Below, piece by piece: positions 25,641 to 38,335 of a stretch of 64,000 nucleotides of DNA. The stretch covers positions 16,802,001 through 16,866,000 of the forward strand of contig NC_042999.1 of assembly GCF_006345805.1 (NCBI RefSeq), read 5' to 3'. The position numbers and the translations under genes are program-made. The notes below the pieces were generated by a model. The model was not told the origin of the DNA and made no database searches. It was given only the letters and a program-made list of their open reading frames with translations. The first letter of the stretch is position 1. Each line of letters starts with the position of its first letter. The DNA comes from Octopus sinensis (taxonomy: Eukaryota).

Positions 25641-26096
25641 TACATACGCATTCGCTCCGATGTTTGTATTATGCCTGTCAGCATTACATCAGCAGTTTGA
25701 TCGCTATCAATTTATAGATGTATCATTAATATTAAGTGCCGCAATCAGATTGTTGGTGGTAGTCATGTGGCCTACTGTTTCTAGATTAGCAGAAGCACAT
25801 CCGGATATGTTGTAATCATGCGGAGTTTCTAAGAGTAACGGTTGGTATGGGAATGAATCGATAGTGGAACCTGTAAGATGCTGGAGAGAATTATGCATCA
25901 TAGGACATCTAAAGGTCCTTGATAAATATTGCCCTATCGGACTAGGTAAACCAAAAAATCGATAGGCTGGACAAGGCCACCTTATTTGGATTTTAATTCC
26001 ATGTGATCGTTGCTTAATGTAAAATTGCTACAAAATTGATTTCCAGCTTAGGCACAAGGACACAATTTTTTCTCTCACTCTTTTAATGTTTCTTAG

Positions 26097-26213
26097 ACTA
26101 GTAGGAGCGAATCATGTCGGCATTCTCAAGCTCTAGAGTTCGACAGTGTGATTTCAGGAGAAGGGGCCAGCTGCGTAAAGGCGCTAAAGGAAAATGAGGT
26201 GAAGTTTTACCAG
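26097..26213 (+). CDS. Candidate internal coding exon of an unidentified gene (TSRSESCRHSQALEFDSVISGEGASCVKALKENEVKFYQ)
   Basis: Pyrimidine-rich acceptor ...TTTAATGTTTCTTAG, donor CAG|GTGAAA, 117 bp open in phase 0, GC above background; no homologue recognised. Confidence 0.3.
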
Positions 26214-27132
26214 GTGAAAGTGTTAGTACAACATTCAAATAACTGCTTGTAGGGTTTGAGATGAAAACAAAACGCAAGGGGGAACTCCCAAATTCTGCAA
26301 AATATTTTGTCACTTAGATATCTTGGCAGAGAACATGGTAGATTCAATGAACTTCTGTATTTGATTTGAGCCTTTTCTTTATCGACCTTGAATGAATAAA
26401 AGTAAAAATGACATCGGTTATATTTGAACTTAGAAGAAATACTAGGATTCCATCATTTTCTGAGTCATTACAATCCTGTAAATTGCTGAAGAGGCTTTCA
26501 CTAAGGTTATAATTAATAATTATTTCTACTTGCTAAAGAAATAAATCTCATTAATACATTTTCCCCGTCTGTTTTTGCTCCATCTAACCAAAAACGTCAT
26601 TGGTGCTTTTGGAGATCTGATCTATCTATCTGTCGAGGGAACGTCCCCGGTTCTCTGACCTGGCATGATTCTCTCCAGACCAAATTTAGAGAAACCACAA
26701 TCTGGTTGTTTGTTGAAGCTAACCCGTTTGAGAGAACTGCTTCAAAATTTACTAAAAATTTGTTATACTTATGTCGTCATTTCTTGTAGATTTAGTACTT
26801 TAAATTTGTCGACTAGGTGTTTACCAATAATAAATCTCATAATATGATATCTTTTTAGGATAAATGATACAATGTAGTTAACAGCTTCCTACAGGGACAA
26901 TACAAATACTATAGATTTGAATTATTTCTTAAATTAGTATTCGATATTTTTTCAAAAGCTGCTCCATTTCAGAATAATTCTCCCATGCTAATGCGTTTAT
27001 TTGGTTAATGGCATTCGTGTGATTATTTGGAGAAGACAGTGTTGTCCAATACTAGAAAGGAGAAATTTCTGGAAAGTTTTGCTAAGGGAAAGGAGAATTC
27101 AATAAGCTGAACTGATTGTATAGAATTTATTA

Positions 27133-27432
27133 AAACGATAAACGTCACCCTTTTTAAGCCTAGCCAGGCTCATGGGGCCGGTTTCCCGGTTTCTGTGGCG
27201 TATGTGTTCCCTCCAGTCTATCGCAGCGTTACTCAAGAAACAGTAAGAGAGAGTGAGAGAAAGTTGTGGCGAAAAAGTACAACAGGGCTCGCCACCACCC
27301 CCTGTCGGAGCCTCATGGAGCTTTAAGGTGTTTTCGCTCAATAAACACAAACAACTCCCGGTCTGAGAATCGAAACCGCGATCCTCCGACCACGAGTCCG
27401 CTGCCCTAACCACTGGGCCATTGCGCCTCCAC
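27133..27432 (-). mobile_element. SINE family C, full length
   Basis: 13-bp TSD ATAGAATTTATTA at 27120-27132 and 27433-27445. Confidence 0.9.
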
Positions 27433-28253
27433 ATAGAATTTATTACTTTCTATTAATCTTACAACCTGAAATGCAAAAGTAAAAATTGACCGATGAAGAT
27501 AGTCAGAAAATTCAGTATTTTACTTCAGATGAAGTAGCTTCGTTTATTTTTTCTCAACAAGAGCCTCTTTCTTTTTTAACTGGTCGTATATTTTAGGGAA
27601 ACATAATAACGTTTGGAAGAACGAAATATTAGACCGCTAACTGTTCATCGAATCTAATAGACAAAACCATGCTAAGTAAGATTTGGAGCCGAATTTCAAA
27701 GAATACTATAAAAAATTTAGTCGGATATTCCATCAATTTTATTTCGCTATCGCCATGTGTCTCGGTATATAATTACAATGCTGGCATTCGCTATAGATTC
27801 ACAGGACATGATAAGCTGACACTACATAGCTTGTCTGTTACTATATAGCTGTATGAAAATTGAATTAATATTTAATATTTAACTGACTAAATAAGCTTAA
27901 TTTTTGTTTATATCGAGTTTGATAAGAAATTTTGATTTCAATATCTTTCATATTTATGTAGCATTTACTGGACAATATCGTTCTTGGTTGCATGTTTCAA
28001 ATGTTCTATCTCTCTCTGACGGCTTAAGTAACGTACGAGTTTCTGTAACTCAAAACAGAACAAATATCGTAGAGGTCCTCGCTTAAACCATGTTTATTTC
28101 GATTCTGTCGTAGATATTAACATTCTTACGCAATATAGATCAGTTAAATACATACGTACATACACACATATACACACATACATACATACATACATACATA
28201 CATACATACATACATACATACATACATACATACATACATACACACTTATATAC

Positions 28254-28512
28254 ATAATAAATAAATGCGCCCTTTTAAAGCTTAGCCAGGCTCATGGGCC
28301 CGGTTTCGCGGTTTCTATGGCGTATGTGTTCCCCAGCTGGACGGGACGCCATTCCATCGTAGCGTTACTCATTTTTGCCAGCTGAGTGGACTGGAGTAAC
28401 GTGAAATGAAGTGTTTTGCTCAAGAACACAACGTATCGCCCGGTCCTGGAATCAAAACCACAATCTTACGATCATGATGCTGACACCCTAACCACTAAGC
28501 CACGCACCTCCA
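28254..28512 (-). mobile_element. SINE family D, copy 1 of a tandem pair
   Basis: tRNA-like head and GATGGA(C/A)TGGCGTCCCGTCCAG body; identical to 28605-28863. Confidence 0.85.
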
Positions 28513-28543
28513 TACATGCATACATACATACATACATAATACA

Positions 28544-28575
<32 letters not shown>

Positions 28576-28604
28576 CATACATACATACATACACACTTAT
28601 ATAC

Positions 28605-28863
28605 ATAATAAATAAATGCGCCCTTTTAAAGCTTAGCCAGGCTCATGGGCCCGGTTTCGCGGTTTCTATGGCGTATGTGTTCCCCAGCTGGACGGGACGC
28701 CATTCCATCGTAGCGTTACTCATTTTTGCCAGCTGAGTGGACTGGAGTAACGTGAAATGAAGTGTTTTGCTCAAGAACACAACGTATCGCCCGGTCCTGG
28801 AATCAAAACCACAATCTTACGATCATGATGCTGACACCCTAACCACTAAGCCACGCACCTCCA
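28605..28863 (-). mobile_element. SINE family D, copy 2 of a tandem pair (351-bp period)
   Basis: Shares private variants with copy 1. Confidence 0.85.
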
Positions 28864-28959
28864 TACATGCATACATACATACATACATACATACATACAT
28901 ACATACATACATGCATACATGCATGCATGCATACATACATACATACATACATACATACA

Positions 28960-28991
<32 letters not shown>

Positions 28992-29049
28992 AATATACAC
29001 AGCGGGCTTCCTGAAATTTATGTCCATCAAATTCAACTTCTACTATAAC

Positions 29050-29265
29050 GGTCAGTTCAACGCGGCGAGCTCTCAGAATCGTTAACATGCCAGGCAAAAT
29101 ACTGAGCGCCATTTCGTCCGTCCTTACATTCTGAGGAAAAATTCCGCCGAGGTCGACCTTACCCTTGATCCTTTAGGGGTCGATAAAATAAGGCTTATCA
29201 CTGGAGTCGATGTAATTGACTTACATCCAGACCCGAAATTGCTGGCCTGGTGACAAAATTTGAAA
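29050..29265 (+). mobile_element. SINE family B, short-tail variant
   Basis: GCGGCGAGCTCTCAGAATCGTTAAC head; core recognisable. Confidence 0.7.
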
Positions 29266-29295
29266 ATAATATAATGGTTAAGTAGAGCTTATAGT

Positions 29296-29596
29296 GTTGA
29301 TGTGCAATGGCCCAGTGTTTAGAGCAGCGGACTCGCAGTCGGAGGATCACGGTTTCGATTCCCAGACCGGGCGTTATGTGTGTTCATTGAGTGAAAACAC
29401 CTAAAGCTCCACGAAGCTTCGGCAGGGGGTGGTGGCGACCCCTGTTGCACTCTTTCGCCCCAACTTTCTCTCACTCTCTCTTCCTGTTCTTGAGTAACGC
29501 TGCAAGAGACTGGCTGGGGTGGGAAAACACGTACGCCACAGAAACCGGGTAAACGGGCCCATGAGCCTGGCTAGGCTTGAAAAGGGCGAAAGAAGA
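29296..29596 (+). mobile_element. SINE family C
   Basis: Head CAATGGCCCAGTG, tail ATGAGCCTGGCTAGGCTT; imperfect TSD AGAGSTTATAGT. Confidence 0.8.
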
Positions 29597-29839
29597 AGAG
29601 GTTATAGTAGAAAGCCAGTGTCCATTGTGCGGCAGGTAGCTTTTGTTGCTCTTGGTGTTAAATGCAGCGTGATTTGGGGTGTCTGAAGAAACCTGTGATC
29701 AAAGGCGGCTAACAGTAAGGACCACAACAACCGTTTCTCTGTCATTGTGCTTCCATGTCTATATTTCGAGAACCAATAGTATAATTGAGTTGGCTGTTAT
29801 GTATTTCAGAGTGAGCCATGACTTAACATCCGCTGTGTA

Positions 29840-30125
29840 AGCTCATTGACTCGTTGGCTAGTAGGACCTTTGCTCTCATTTGCTCGTTTTCTCATCGGCT
29901 CCTTCATTCGCTCCTTCCACTCTTTCCTTTATTCCTCTCGTAGGCTCGTTCGCTCTTTGCTTCTTTTGTTAATTGGTATTTTCCCTTTCTACCTTTTTCA
30001 CTCGTTGGCTCGTTCGATCATTGACTCGTTTGTTCACGGACTCATTCTTATCATTGGCTCGTTCGCTCGCTGAGTCTCTAATTCCTTGCCTCCTCTACTC
30101 GCTGAACTGTCCTCTCGTTGCCCCG
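29840..30125 (+). repeat. Degenerate 4-bp-periodic mosaic (TCGT/TGGC/TCGC/TCAT units)
   Basis: Recurring TCATTGACTCGTT and TGGCTCGTTCG motifs. Confidence 0.65.
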
Positions 30126-30132
30126 TTCACTC

Positions 30133-30320
30133 TTAGAAACGTTAGCACACCGGGCGAAATGCTTAGCGGTATTTCGTTTGTCTTTACGTTCCGATTTCAA
30201 ATTCCGCCGAGGTCGACTTTCAGGGTCGATAAATGAAGTACTAGTTGCCTACTGGGGTTGATCTAATCGACTGCTCCCCTCCCCAAATTTCCGGAGCTTG
30301 TGCCTAGAGTAGAGAAGACT
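30133..30320 (+). mobile_element. SINE family B, short-tail variant with an internal deletion
   Basis: Consensus head and core. Confidence 0.7.
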
Positions 30321-31394
30321 TGTTGGTATGCTGACGCGTTCGTTGGCGATATTCGCTATTTTGTAATTTTTTTCTTTTCCTATCATTACTATTGCGACTA
30401 CATAGCTGCTTCAAGTTGACCACTTGTATGAAATCAACCTGTAAAATATTTGTGAGACTTTACAACTCTTTTATCTTATGCAGTCGAAATTAAATCTGAA
30501 ATCTGAAATCATGGCATTTTCTTTGCTTTACACTTGTATATGATGTAAGAGTGTATGTAGTAGAATGTAACAGATATTTCATTACAAAAGTCAGCTTTCG
30601 TTTGATTGTTGTTGACGTCCGTAATAACTTTAGTGGATACAGGCAACGTTCGAAAGCGAAACTTGATCCTTTGTAGTTTAGAGTGAAGTGTTGGCATGGC
30701 TGAATTTAGCACGACGAGTGGTGGCTCAGACCACTTCATATCTCTTCATCAAACTCTCCTGTGAAGGCAGCAGTAATAAGATATAACTGGTTTATGCTAC
30801 CATCCTGACGCACGAATCGTTATGTTGCCTACGTAGTTTTATATGTCTACGTTCGATAGATTAATGCCTTACCTCAGAAAATAAAATTCGAGGAATATCG
30901 AAAACTGCAATATATAAAGCTTTTATTTAAAAAAAAATGTTCTGCCAGTTTATATATTTTATATATCCTTCACTATGTGTACAAAACAACTGAAATGGAT
31001 GTTGATAAACATACACTTACAAGCTGAAATAACGAAAAAGAAAATTAGAAAAAAATGCAAAAATCATGCTTTCACTATCAAGCCATCAGCTATAGGAAAG
31101 ACTTTGCTAGAAAATTGGGTTGTTGCGATAATAACGCTATCAAATTTGTTGATGCTTTCTGCTATGAGGCGATGCATTTTCGAATCTGCCGCTCTTTCCG
31201 TTCAGAATAGGTAGTCGATAATATTTCCCCAAGGTGACATATAAACATCGAATTTACGAAATGAAGCAGAGCAACTTCCACCGAATTTAACCAGGATTGA
31301 TTTTGAAATTTAGAGAATCTGGCACAATTCATTCCAAAGGAAAACCCATTATCCAACATTTATAAATGATTGTCTTTTGTATTTGTTTTCGCAG

Positions 31395-31484
31395 GATTTG
31401 TTTTGTAGTTTACGTCATTAAACTTGAATCATGTTGTGTTGTATACGCAAAGGAAATTGTCTTATTTGCTGCCGAAGTTTACAA
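31395..31484 (+). CDS. Candidate exon; either a start exon (ATG at 31431, MLCCIRKGNCLICCRSLQ) or a symmetric internal exon
   Basis: Strong acceptor TTTGTATTTGTTTTCGCAG, donor CAA|GTAAAT, 90 bp; no homologue recognised. Confidence 0.25.
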
Positions 31485-31604
31485 GTAAATACTCCTGTTT
31501 TGATTACATTTCTTCATAATATAGGGTTCAGATATATAAGAGAAAGAAAATGATAAATGGTGAGGTTGATGCCGTTCCCAGCAATATAATCGGAGGAAGT
31601 AAGG

Positions 31605-31955
31605 TAGTGAGCTTGGTAGAATCGTTAGCACGCCGGGCGAAATGCTCAGCGGTATTTCGTCTGCCGTTACGTTCTGAGTTCAAATTCCGCCGAGGTCGAC
31701 GCACTGGGGTCGATATAATCGACTTAATCCGTCTGTCTGTCCTTGTTTGTTCTCTCTGTGTTTAGCCCCTTGTGGGTAGTAAAGAAATAGGTATTTCGTC
31801 CGGCTTTACACTCGGAGTTCAAATTCAACCGAGGTCGACTTTTTCTGTCATCCTTTCGGGGTCGATGAAATAAGAACCAGCTGAGTACATGCGTCGATGT
31901 AATCGAATTACATCCTCTTCCGGACTGTCTGACCTTGTACCAAATTTTGAAATTA
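31605..31955 (+). mobile_element. SINE family B dimer with an internal deletion
   Basis: Units joined at AAAGAAATAGGTATTTCGTC. Confidence 0.8.
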
Positions 31956-32109
31956 ATATTATCAGAGGAATTTAAAATAATCTCTAATGGAATTTTTAAT
32001 ATAACTGGTTTTATTACTCGCACTTTTACTTCCTAGCTAACTAGGGAATCTTTATATGGTACATCGAATTCACAGAAATAACTGCAAAATCTGTCTAAAA
32101 TATAACATA

Positions 32110-32374
32110 AAAATAAAATAAATAAGTGCGCCTTTTTAAAACCTAGCCAGGCTCATGAGCCCGGTTTCCCGGTTTCAATGGCGTATGTGTTCCCCAGCTG
32201 GACGGGACGCCAGTCCATCGCGGCGTTACTCATTTTTGCCAGCTGAGTGGACTGGAGCAATGTGAAATGAAGGGCTTTGCTCAAGAATGCAACGCGTCGA
32301 CCGATCCAGGAATCGAAACCACACTCTTACGATCATGGTGCTGACACCTTAACCACTAAGCCGCGCGCTTCCAC
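32110..32374 (-). mobile_element. SINE family D, full length
   Basis: TSD AAAATATAAYATA (12/13) at 32097-32109 and 32375-32387. Confidence 0.85.
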
Positions 32375-32884
32375 AAAATATAATATACTGTTATAGAAAA
32401 GAAAGGTCATTTTGGATGAAGTAATCTAAAACCTTTAGTAACACTAAAAAGTTAAATGACATAATGATTACAGTTTAAATATCTTTGGTTATAGTTTTGC
32501 TCTTTAAAGCCTGACCTAGGCTAAATAAGAAGAATAACAGAACAGCGTAACGGGGGAAGATTCCGAGATAATTGCTTTTGAGTGGAAAGGACAAATCTAA
32601 TACTTCGACACTTGTGTTTAATTAGTACTTATTTTATCGACCACTACAGAATTCCAAATGAGAATATTGTAACACAGAAGAAATGCCTCTAACAATTCTA
32701 TCCCACGCACTAACTATTCTTCCAGCTCACCACTTTAGGTTACTGAATAACAGAATTTAGTATAGAAATATCTTAAGTGTTTACGAGGCATTTAAAGTCT
32801 TATTGTATCTAAGCATTCTGAAATAATTTGGTAGAATTGTTCCTGCTTATTTGGTCCAATATGTGTAATGTTAATTCTTTTAAT

Positions 32885-33096
32885 ACTTTATTCTTTTATT
32901 CTTTTACTTGTTTCAGTCGTTTTTACTGTGACCATGCTGGAGCAGCGCCTTTTAGTCGATCAACTCGAGTCCAGGAATTTAAAGCTTGGTATTTATTCTA
33001 TCGATCTCATTTACTGAAGCGCTAAGTTACGGGGAAGTAAAAACACCAACACCGGTTGTGAAATGGTGGCGGTGTACAAACACACAAGCACCTCCC

Positions 33097-33137
<41 letters not shown>

Positions 33138-33300
33138 CGATGGGCTTCTTTCATTTCCTGTCTACCAAATCCCTTCACAGAGATTTGGTCGGCCTGCGGC
33201 TGTAGTAGAAGATACTTGTCCAAGGTGTCAAGCAGTGAGACTGAACCCGGAACGATGTGGTTGGCAAACAAGCTTCTTAATACACAGCCACTTCTATGTA
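32885..33300 (-). mobile_element. SINE family A
   Basis: Reverse complement of the consensus. Confidence 0.8.
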
Positions 33301-34405
33301 TATGTATATGCTTTCCCCGTACATTTCATCATTATGGTTACTTGCATCATCTGTAGTGTGTGTTCAAAATGAAGCTGAATGCCTTGTTGAACTATTTAGT
33401 TCGGCATATAGTTGCCCTTGAAATCTCACTGCCGAATATGCAAGTATCCACAACGGTGAAACATACGTAAGGAGCAAATGATTTTAGCTGCATCCCTTGT
33501 TTATCATGCTTATCTTTTCTATATTTGTACTCCATATGATAACCAGGTGTCTCGTACTACTAATTACATAAGTACACACACCAATTTACTGAAGTAGACT
33601 GAATGATTCTCTAAGGGGAACTTTAAATGCACTAGTAGCAATCGTATATCTAACCGTACACACAAGAAAAACTATATATTTTTCTTCATAACAAGAAACG
33701 TTTAGACTATAATATAATTTGTTTTAGAAATTCTGTTAAGTGTTTATAACACATGTGTAGCCTTATAGCTACTTACTCTAAAACACTTAGAATTTTCCTG
33801 CAAACTTAGTTCATCCTGTGTAACTCTTATTCTAAAGAAACTATATCTTGTTTCATTTACGACGAAAATGCTTGTAGTAAAAATGAATTGACGCCAGGTA
33901 AATAACATGCAATCCTTTCAAACTAATAGAAGAATTTCTATTAGAGGGATAAACCTGCTAGAAATAGTAACCAAAATCCCTTAGATCAAATCCTAATGGC
34001 TATAAGAGCAGTAGCAAGATCATATTAGCCAATTTTGTTAGTAAGGTATTTAAAAGTGGACTGGTGGTAGGAGAAATTCCTGATTAACTACGAAAGTCCT
34101 GAGCGAAGTTTATTGATAGTTAAACAACAACAATAACAACAACAATAACAGCTAAAACTATGAATAATTTCATATACACTTGAAAGGGAAAACTGTCATC
34201 TTATCTATACTAAATCACAAGGGAGAGGTTTCCAAGAGGGAAATTAATATCGGAGAAATTATGCTTCGCTTAGAAACTGCAGGAGCTACTCAGAGTTATT
34301 GCCAGATTTGAATCCATATCCATTGCAACGTCCGAAATTCCCCTGTATCATCAATCACATGTGCTCTGTTCCCTGGTCTGTAAGCTTCACTTGGGAAGGG
34401 TTGCG

Positions 34406-34806
34406 AAAATTCTATTCTTTTCTACTCTAGGCACAAGGCTCGAAATTTGAGGGAGTGAGCCTACCGATTAGATCAACGCAACTGGTACTTAATTTCTCGA
34501 ACCCGAAAGGATGAAAGGCAAATTCGACTTCGGCAGAATTTGAACTCAGAACGTAACGACAGACGAAATACCTATTTCTTTACTACTCACAAGGGGCTAA
34601 ACACAGAGAGGACAAACAAGGACAGACAAACGAATTGAGTCGATTATATCGATCCCAGTGTGTAACTGGTACTTAATCTATTGACCCCGAAAGGATGAAA
34701 GGCAAATTCGACTTCGATGGGGTTTGAACTCAGAACGTAACGATAGACGAAATACCGCTAAGTATTTCGCCTGGCGTGCTAACGTTTCTGCCAACTTGCC
34801 ACTTTA
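34406..34806 (-). mobile_element. SINE family B dimer
   Basis: TSD GAAGGGYTGCG at 34395-34405 and 34807-34817. Confidence 0.85.
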
Positions 34807-34882
34807 GAAGGGCTGCGTGAATTGAACATCTAATGCTGTTGAGTTACTTTCGGCATTCATATAAGACAGCATAAATATCCTT

Positions 34883-35030
34883 TCTAATATAGGTACAAGC
34901 CCTGAAATTTGGGGGCAGAGCGGGGACTAGTCGATTACATCGACCCCAGTGTTTTATTGATACTTAATTTATCAACCCCGAAAAGATGAAAGGCAAGGTT
35001 GACCTCGGCGGAATTTGAACCTAGAACGTA
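34883..35030 (-). mobile_element. SINE family B, short-tail variant, partial
   Basis: Core recognisable. Confidence 0.7.
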
Positions 35031-35401
35031 TGCCATAAAACTTGACTTGAGTATTATTTCATCGAACTGGAGAATGCGGCCGGCAAAGCTGCCATCGGCA
35101 AGAGTTTGAACTTTTGATCTAATGAACCATATTTCGATATGCAATATACTTTATTCACCGCTCTAATGAACTACTTATCTGCCAGTGCCTTTCGGTAGAA
35201 TTTGAAAATTTCTACAAACTCATCATCTTATACGACTATGCTCTTTATGTGTATAGACATGCATAAATACACACACACACACACACACACACACAACACA
35301 CACACACACGCGCATGCACACACACACGCATGCACACACACACACACACACACACGCATGCACACACACACACGCATGCCCACACACGTTTTTTATTTGT
35401 A

Positions 35402-36083
35402 TACTCTTTTACTCTCTTTACTCTTTTACTTGTTTCAGTCATGTGACTGTGGCCATGCTGGAGCACCGCCTTTAGTCGAGCAAATCGACCCCAGGACTTA
35501 TTCTGTGTAAGCCTAGTACTTATTCTAGTAGTCTCTTATGCCGAACCGCTAAGTTACGGTTACGTAAACACACCAGCATCGGTTGTCAAGCCATGTTGGG
35601 CGGACAAACACAGACACACAAACATATACACACGCATACATACATATGTATACATGACCCATTTGAGGTAAGACATTATTATTGTTCACTGATATTTTTT
35701 CCTATCTTGTCTGTAATAGATTTGTGACTATTCGGTGGTACAGAAGTATTTTTAAATTCTATCATTAGCGATATAGGTACTCATGTAGTACCCTTGTGTA
35801 TATATGTACATATCTAATATTGTATATATATATATTATATTAATTTGTTTGTACGGCTGATAATTCACTTACCACTTGTGATAGTATTTTAATAATACCA
35901 TCCCTATATATATACATATATACGACGTGCTTTCAGTTTCCGTCTGCTAAATCCACTCACAAGGCTTCGGTCAGCCCGAGGCTATAGTAGAAGACACTTG
36001 CCCAAGATGCCACGCAGTGGGTCTGAATCCGGAACCATGTGGTTCGTAAGCAAGCTACTTACCACACAGCCATTACTACGCCT
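35402..36083 (-). mobile_element. SINE family A with about 250 bp of foreign sequence in its linker (about 35655-35905)
   Basis: Tail at 35402-35630 and head at 35915-36083 are collinear with the consensus. Confidence 0.8.
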
Positions 36084-36425
36084 ATGTATGTTTTTTTCTT
36101 CTTTGAGTTGATTTAAGTTCTTAACAGAGTTCAAACTTATCGCTGACAAAGCAAGAATTCTTGCATTAAGAAAGTAATCGGTGTTTGAAAATACGTGGTA
36201 GAGTTAATGTGTTGGTTGAGCTGTCGATGCATATACCCAGCTGTGTGCGTTTATTCTTCTGAAGAATCTTAGATGGAAAATCTTTGGAATGCTTTACTAA
36301 TCTTTACTTTGTCTATAATATATTGGATTTGGAGAAGCCAACACACGTTCCTTTCTTTTAATTCCGAAACCTAGTATTCCTAAGATTTTGGTGTAAATTT
36401 GTATGTACATAGCATAATGCACTTA

Positions 36426-36740
36426 GTGAATGCGCATGGCTCAGTGGTTAGAGCGTCGAGCTTACGATTGTGAGGTTGTGAGTTCGAATCCCGGACCGGG
36501 CTGCGTGTTGTGTTCTTGAGCAAGATACTTTATTTCACGTTGCTCCAGTTCACCTCAGGTGTAGAAATAAGTTGTGACGTCACAGGTGCGGAGCTGTATC
36601 AGCCTTTACCTTTTCCTTGGATAACACTGGTAGCCGGTAAGTATGGGCGACTGCTAATCTTCCGTAAATAGACTTGCTCGGACATATTCCCGGGAGGGTA
36701 ACTTTCTAGGTACAATCCCATGACCGAAGGGGGTCTCAGC
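36426..36740 (+). mobile_element. SINE family D-type head with a distinct tail
   Basis: 10-bp TSD AATGCACTTA at 36416-36425 and 36741-36750; A box TGGCTCAGTGGTTAG, B box GAGTTCGAATCC. Confidence 0.85.
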
Positions 36741-36909
36741 AATGCACTTATGACGATATGTACAATTTATAGGGAGGATACAAGAGCTGTAAGTTCCGCA
36801 TTAATTCACCATCAACGTCCTCTTATTATTTTACTGGATTTTCAATGGTACATTCACATGGCCACAGCTTGAGCTGAAACTAGATGAAATAAAAAAATAC
36901 ATGCATAAA

Positions 36910-37400
36910 TACATATTGTATGTATGTTCTTATTCAGTTTTATTTCAAGATTTCCTGCCTATAGAGAAAGAGTCGGCTTCTGACCTAGGTCCAAGGCTCC
37001 TTCATTGAAATTTCAACAACACCAACAGGGTATTGTTTATGTGTATATATATATATATATATATATGCACAGATTTGTATGTTTTGTTTTACGTATGTAT
37101 TGTCATGCATATAGTAACATATCTAGATATGCTCATATATAATTTAAATGATACATTTCTGGAAAGTTTTACAGAATTTTATAGTTCCAGTGTTGGATTG
37201 GATCTGTAGTCTTCTATTCGGCTTTCTCCTTTCTGGTTTTGGGAAGAGTAATTTCTCAACATTGATATTTAGGCAGTGTATTACATATCTCAGTGCCCCA
37301 CTAATTATAGGTATAAACCTAAACTTGTAATCTGAATAGATTAACTTCAGATTTCTCAATAGTTCGGTGTAGGTATATTCTTTTTCACTGACCTTCACCT
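36910..37400 (-). pseudogene. 3' fragment of an R4/Dong-like non-LTR retrotransposon (RLE-domain C-terminus plus 3' UTR)
   Basis: The peptide EKEYTYTELLRNLKLIYSDYKFRFIPIISGALRYV...GTIKFCKTF fits the EK..KY..L...L..L....IPI..GALG pattern of RLE elements; the upstream part of the ORF is (CATA)n artefact. Confidence 0.65.
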
Positions 37401-37989
37401 GTATGTATGTATGTATGTATGTATGTATGTATGTATGTATGTATGTATGTATGTATGTATGTATATATGAATGTATACCTCTCTCCACCCATACACACTC
37501 AATAACACTATAAAAAGTGACATATTTCCTGAAAGAGTTCAATCTGAAGACTCCACTACAGTGGACGCAAGCGCTTATACATGATTTATAAAAACGTGAC
37601 ATATTAATAAATATCTCTAAATATAAAACCATCCAGATTTCTGAATACCTTATTTCTTCTAATATACAATACCTTTACATCATCTCCAAACCGTCTAATA
37701 TATGTATGTATGTATTTAAAACATGGTTGATGAACCTTCTAGAATTAGCTTACAATTCTCCATTCTAACATCACATTCTAACTTCTTAAAGAGAAATTGT
37801 GGTTTTCTGCCTCCTTATGTCTTGGAAAAAATAATAACGGAAGAATCTAATGGCAATGATGCGAACTGGCAGGAGAGTCTTGGATGGGACGCCTTCGGTC
37901 CTTGATTATTTTGGATCGCATGTGGCTGACATGCGTTTCAACAGCAGTCCCAATGGCTATTTCATAGTTATGAAGATAAGCTACATAAT

Positions 37990-38335
37990 TCTTGCATGGT
38001 TGTATGGTTAAGTAAACATGCGGGTTCAGGTTCAGTCCAACTGCGTGGCATCTCGGGCAAGTGCCTTATGCTTTGATCCAGGACAGACAGAAACCTCGAG
38101 AGTGAATTTGGTGCAAAGTGTGCGGTGGCCCATCGCATTTATATATGGATGTGCATGTATGAATGTGTATTGGTTTGTTTTCGTCCCTGTAATATGGCGT
38201 TTGGAAAATAAAAACCCTCATAGAACAACACCAGATTTTGCAAAAAAAAAACCCATAAATACTGGTGTCGATTTATTTTACAAAATCCTTCAGTGCGTTG
38301 CGACAGCATGGCCTCAGCGTGATGATTGAAATAAA
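37990..38335 (+). mobile_element. SINE family A, highly diverged
   Basis: GGTTCAGTCCAACTGCGTGGCATCTCGGGCAAGTG head and CAGCATGGCC tail. Confidence 0.55.

Noticed and set aside
25707-26030. Stop-free minus-strand frame of about 106 codons
   Set aside because: About one such frame is expected by chance in this much AT-rich unique DNA, and no motif was recognised; it remains a weak terminal-exon possibility only.
33357-33466. Possible exon; an alternative frame looks EGF-like (CVQNEAECLVELFSSAYSCP)
   Set aside because: The acceptor is mediocre, and the EGF-like frame stops immediately and lacks the full cysteine pattern.
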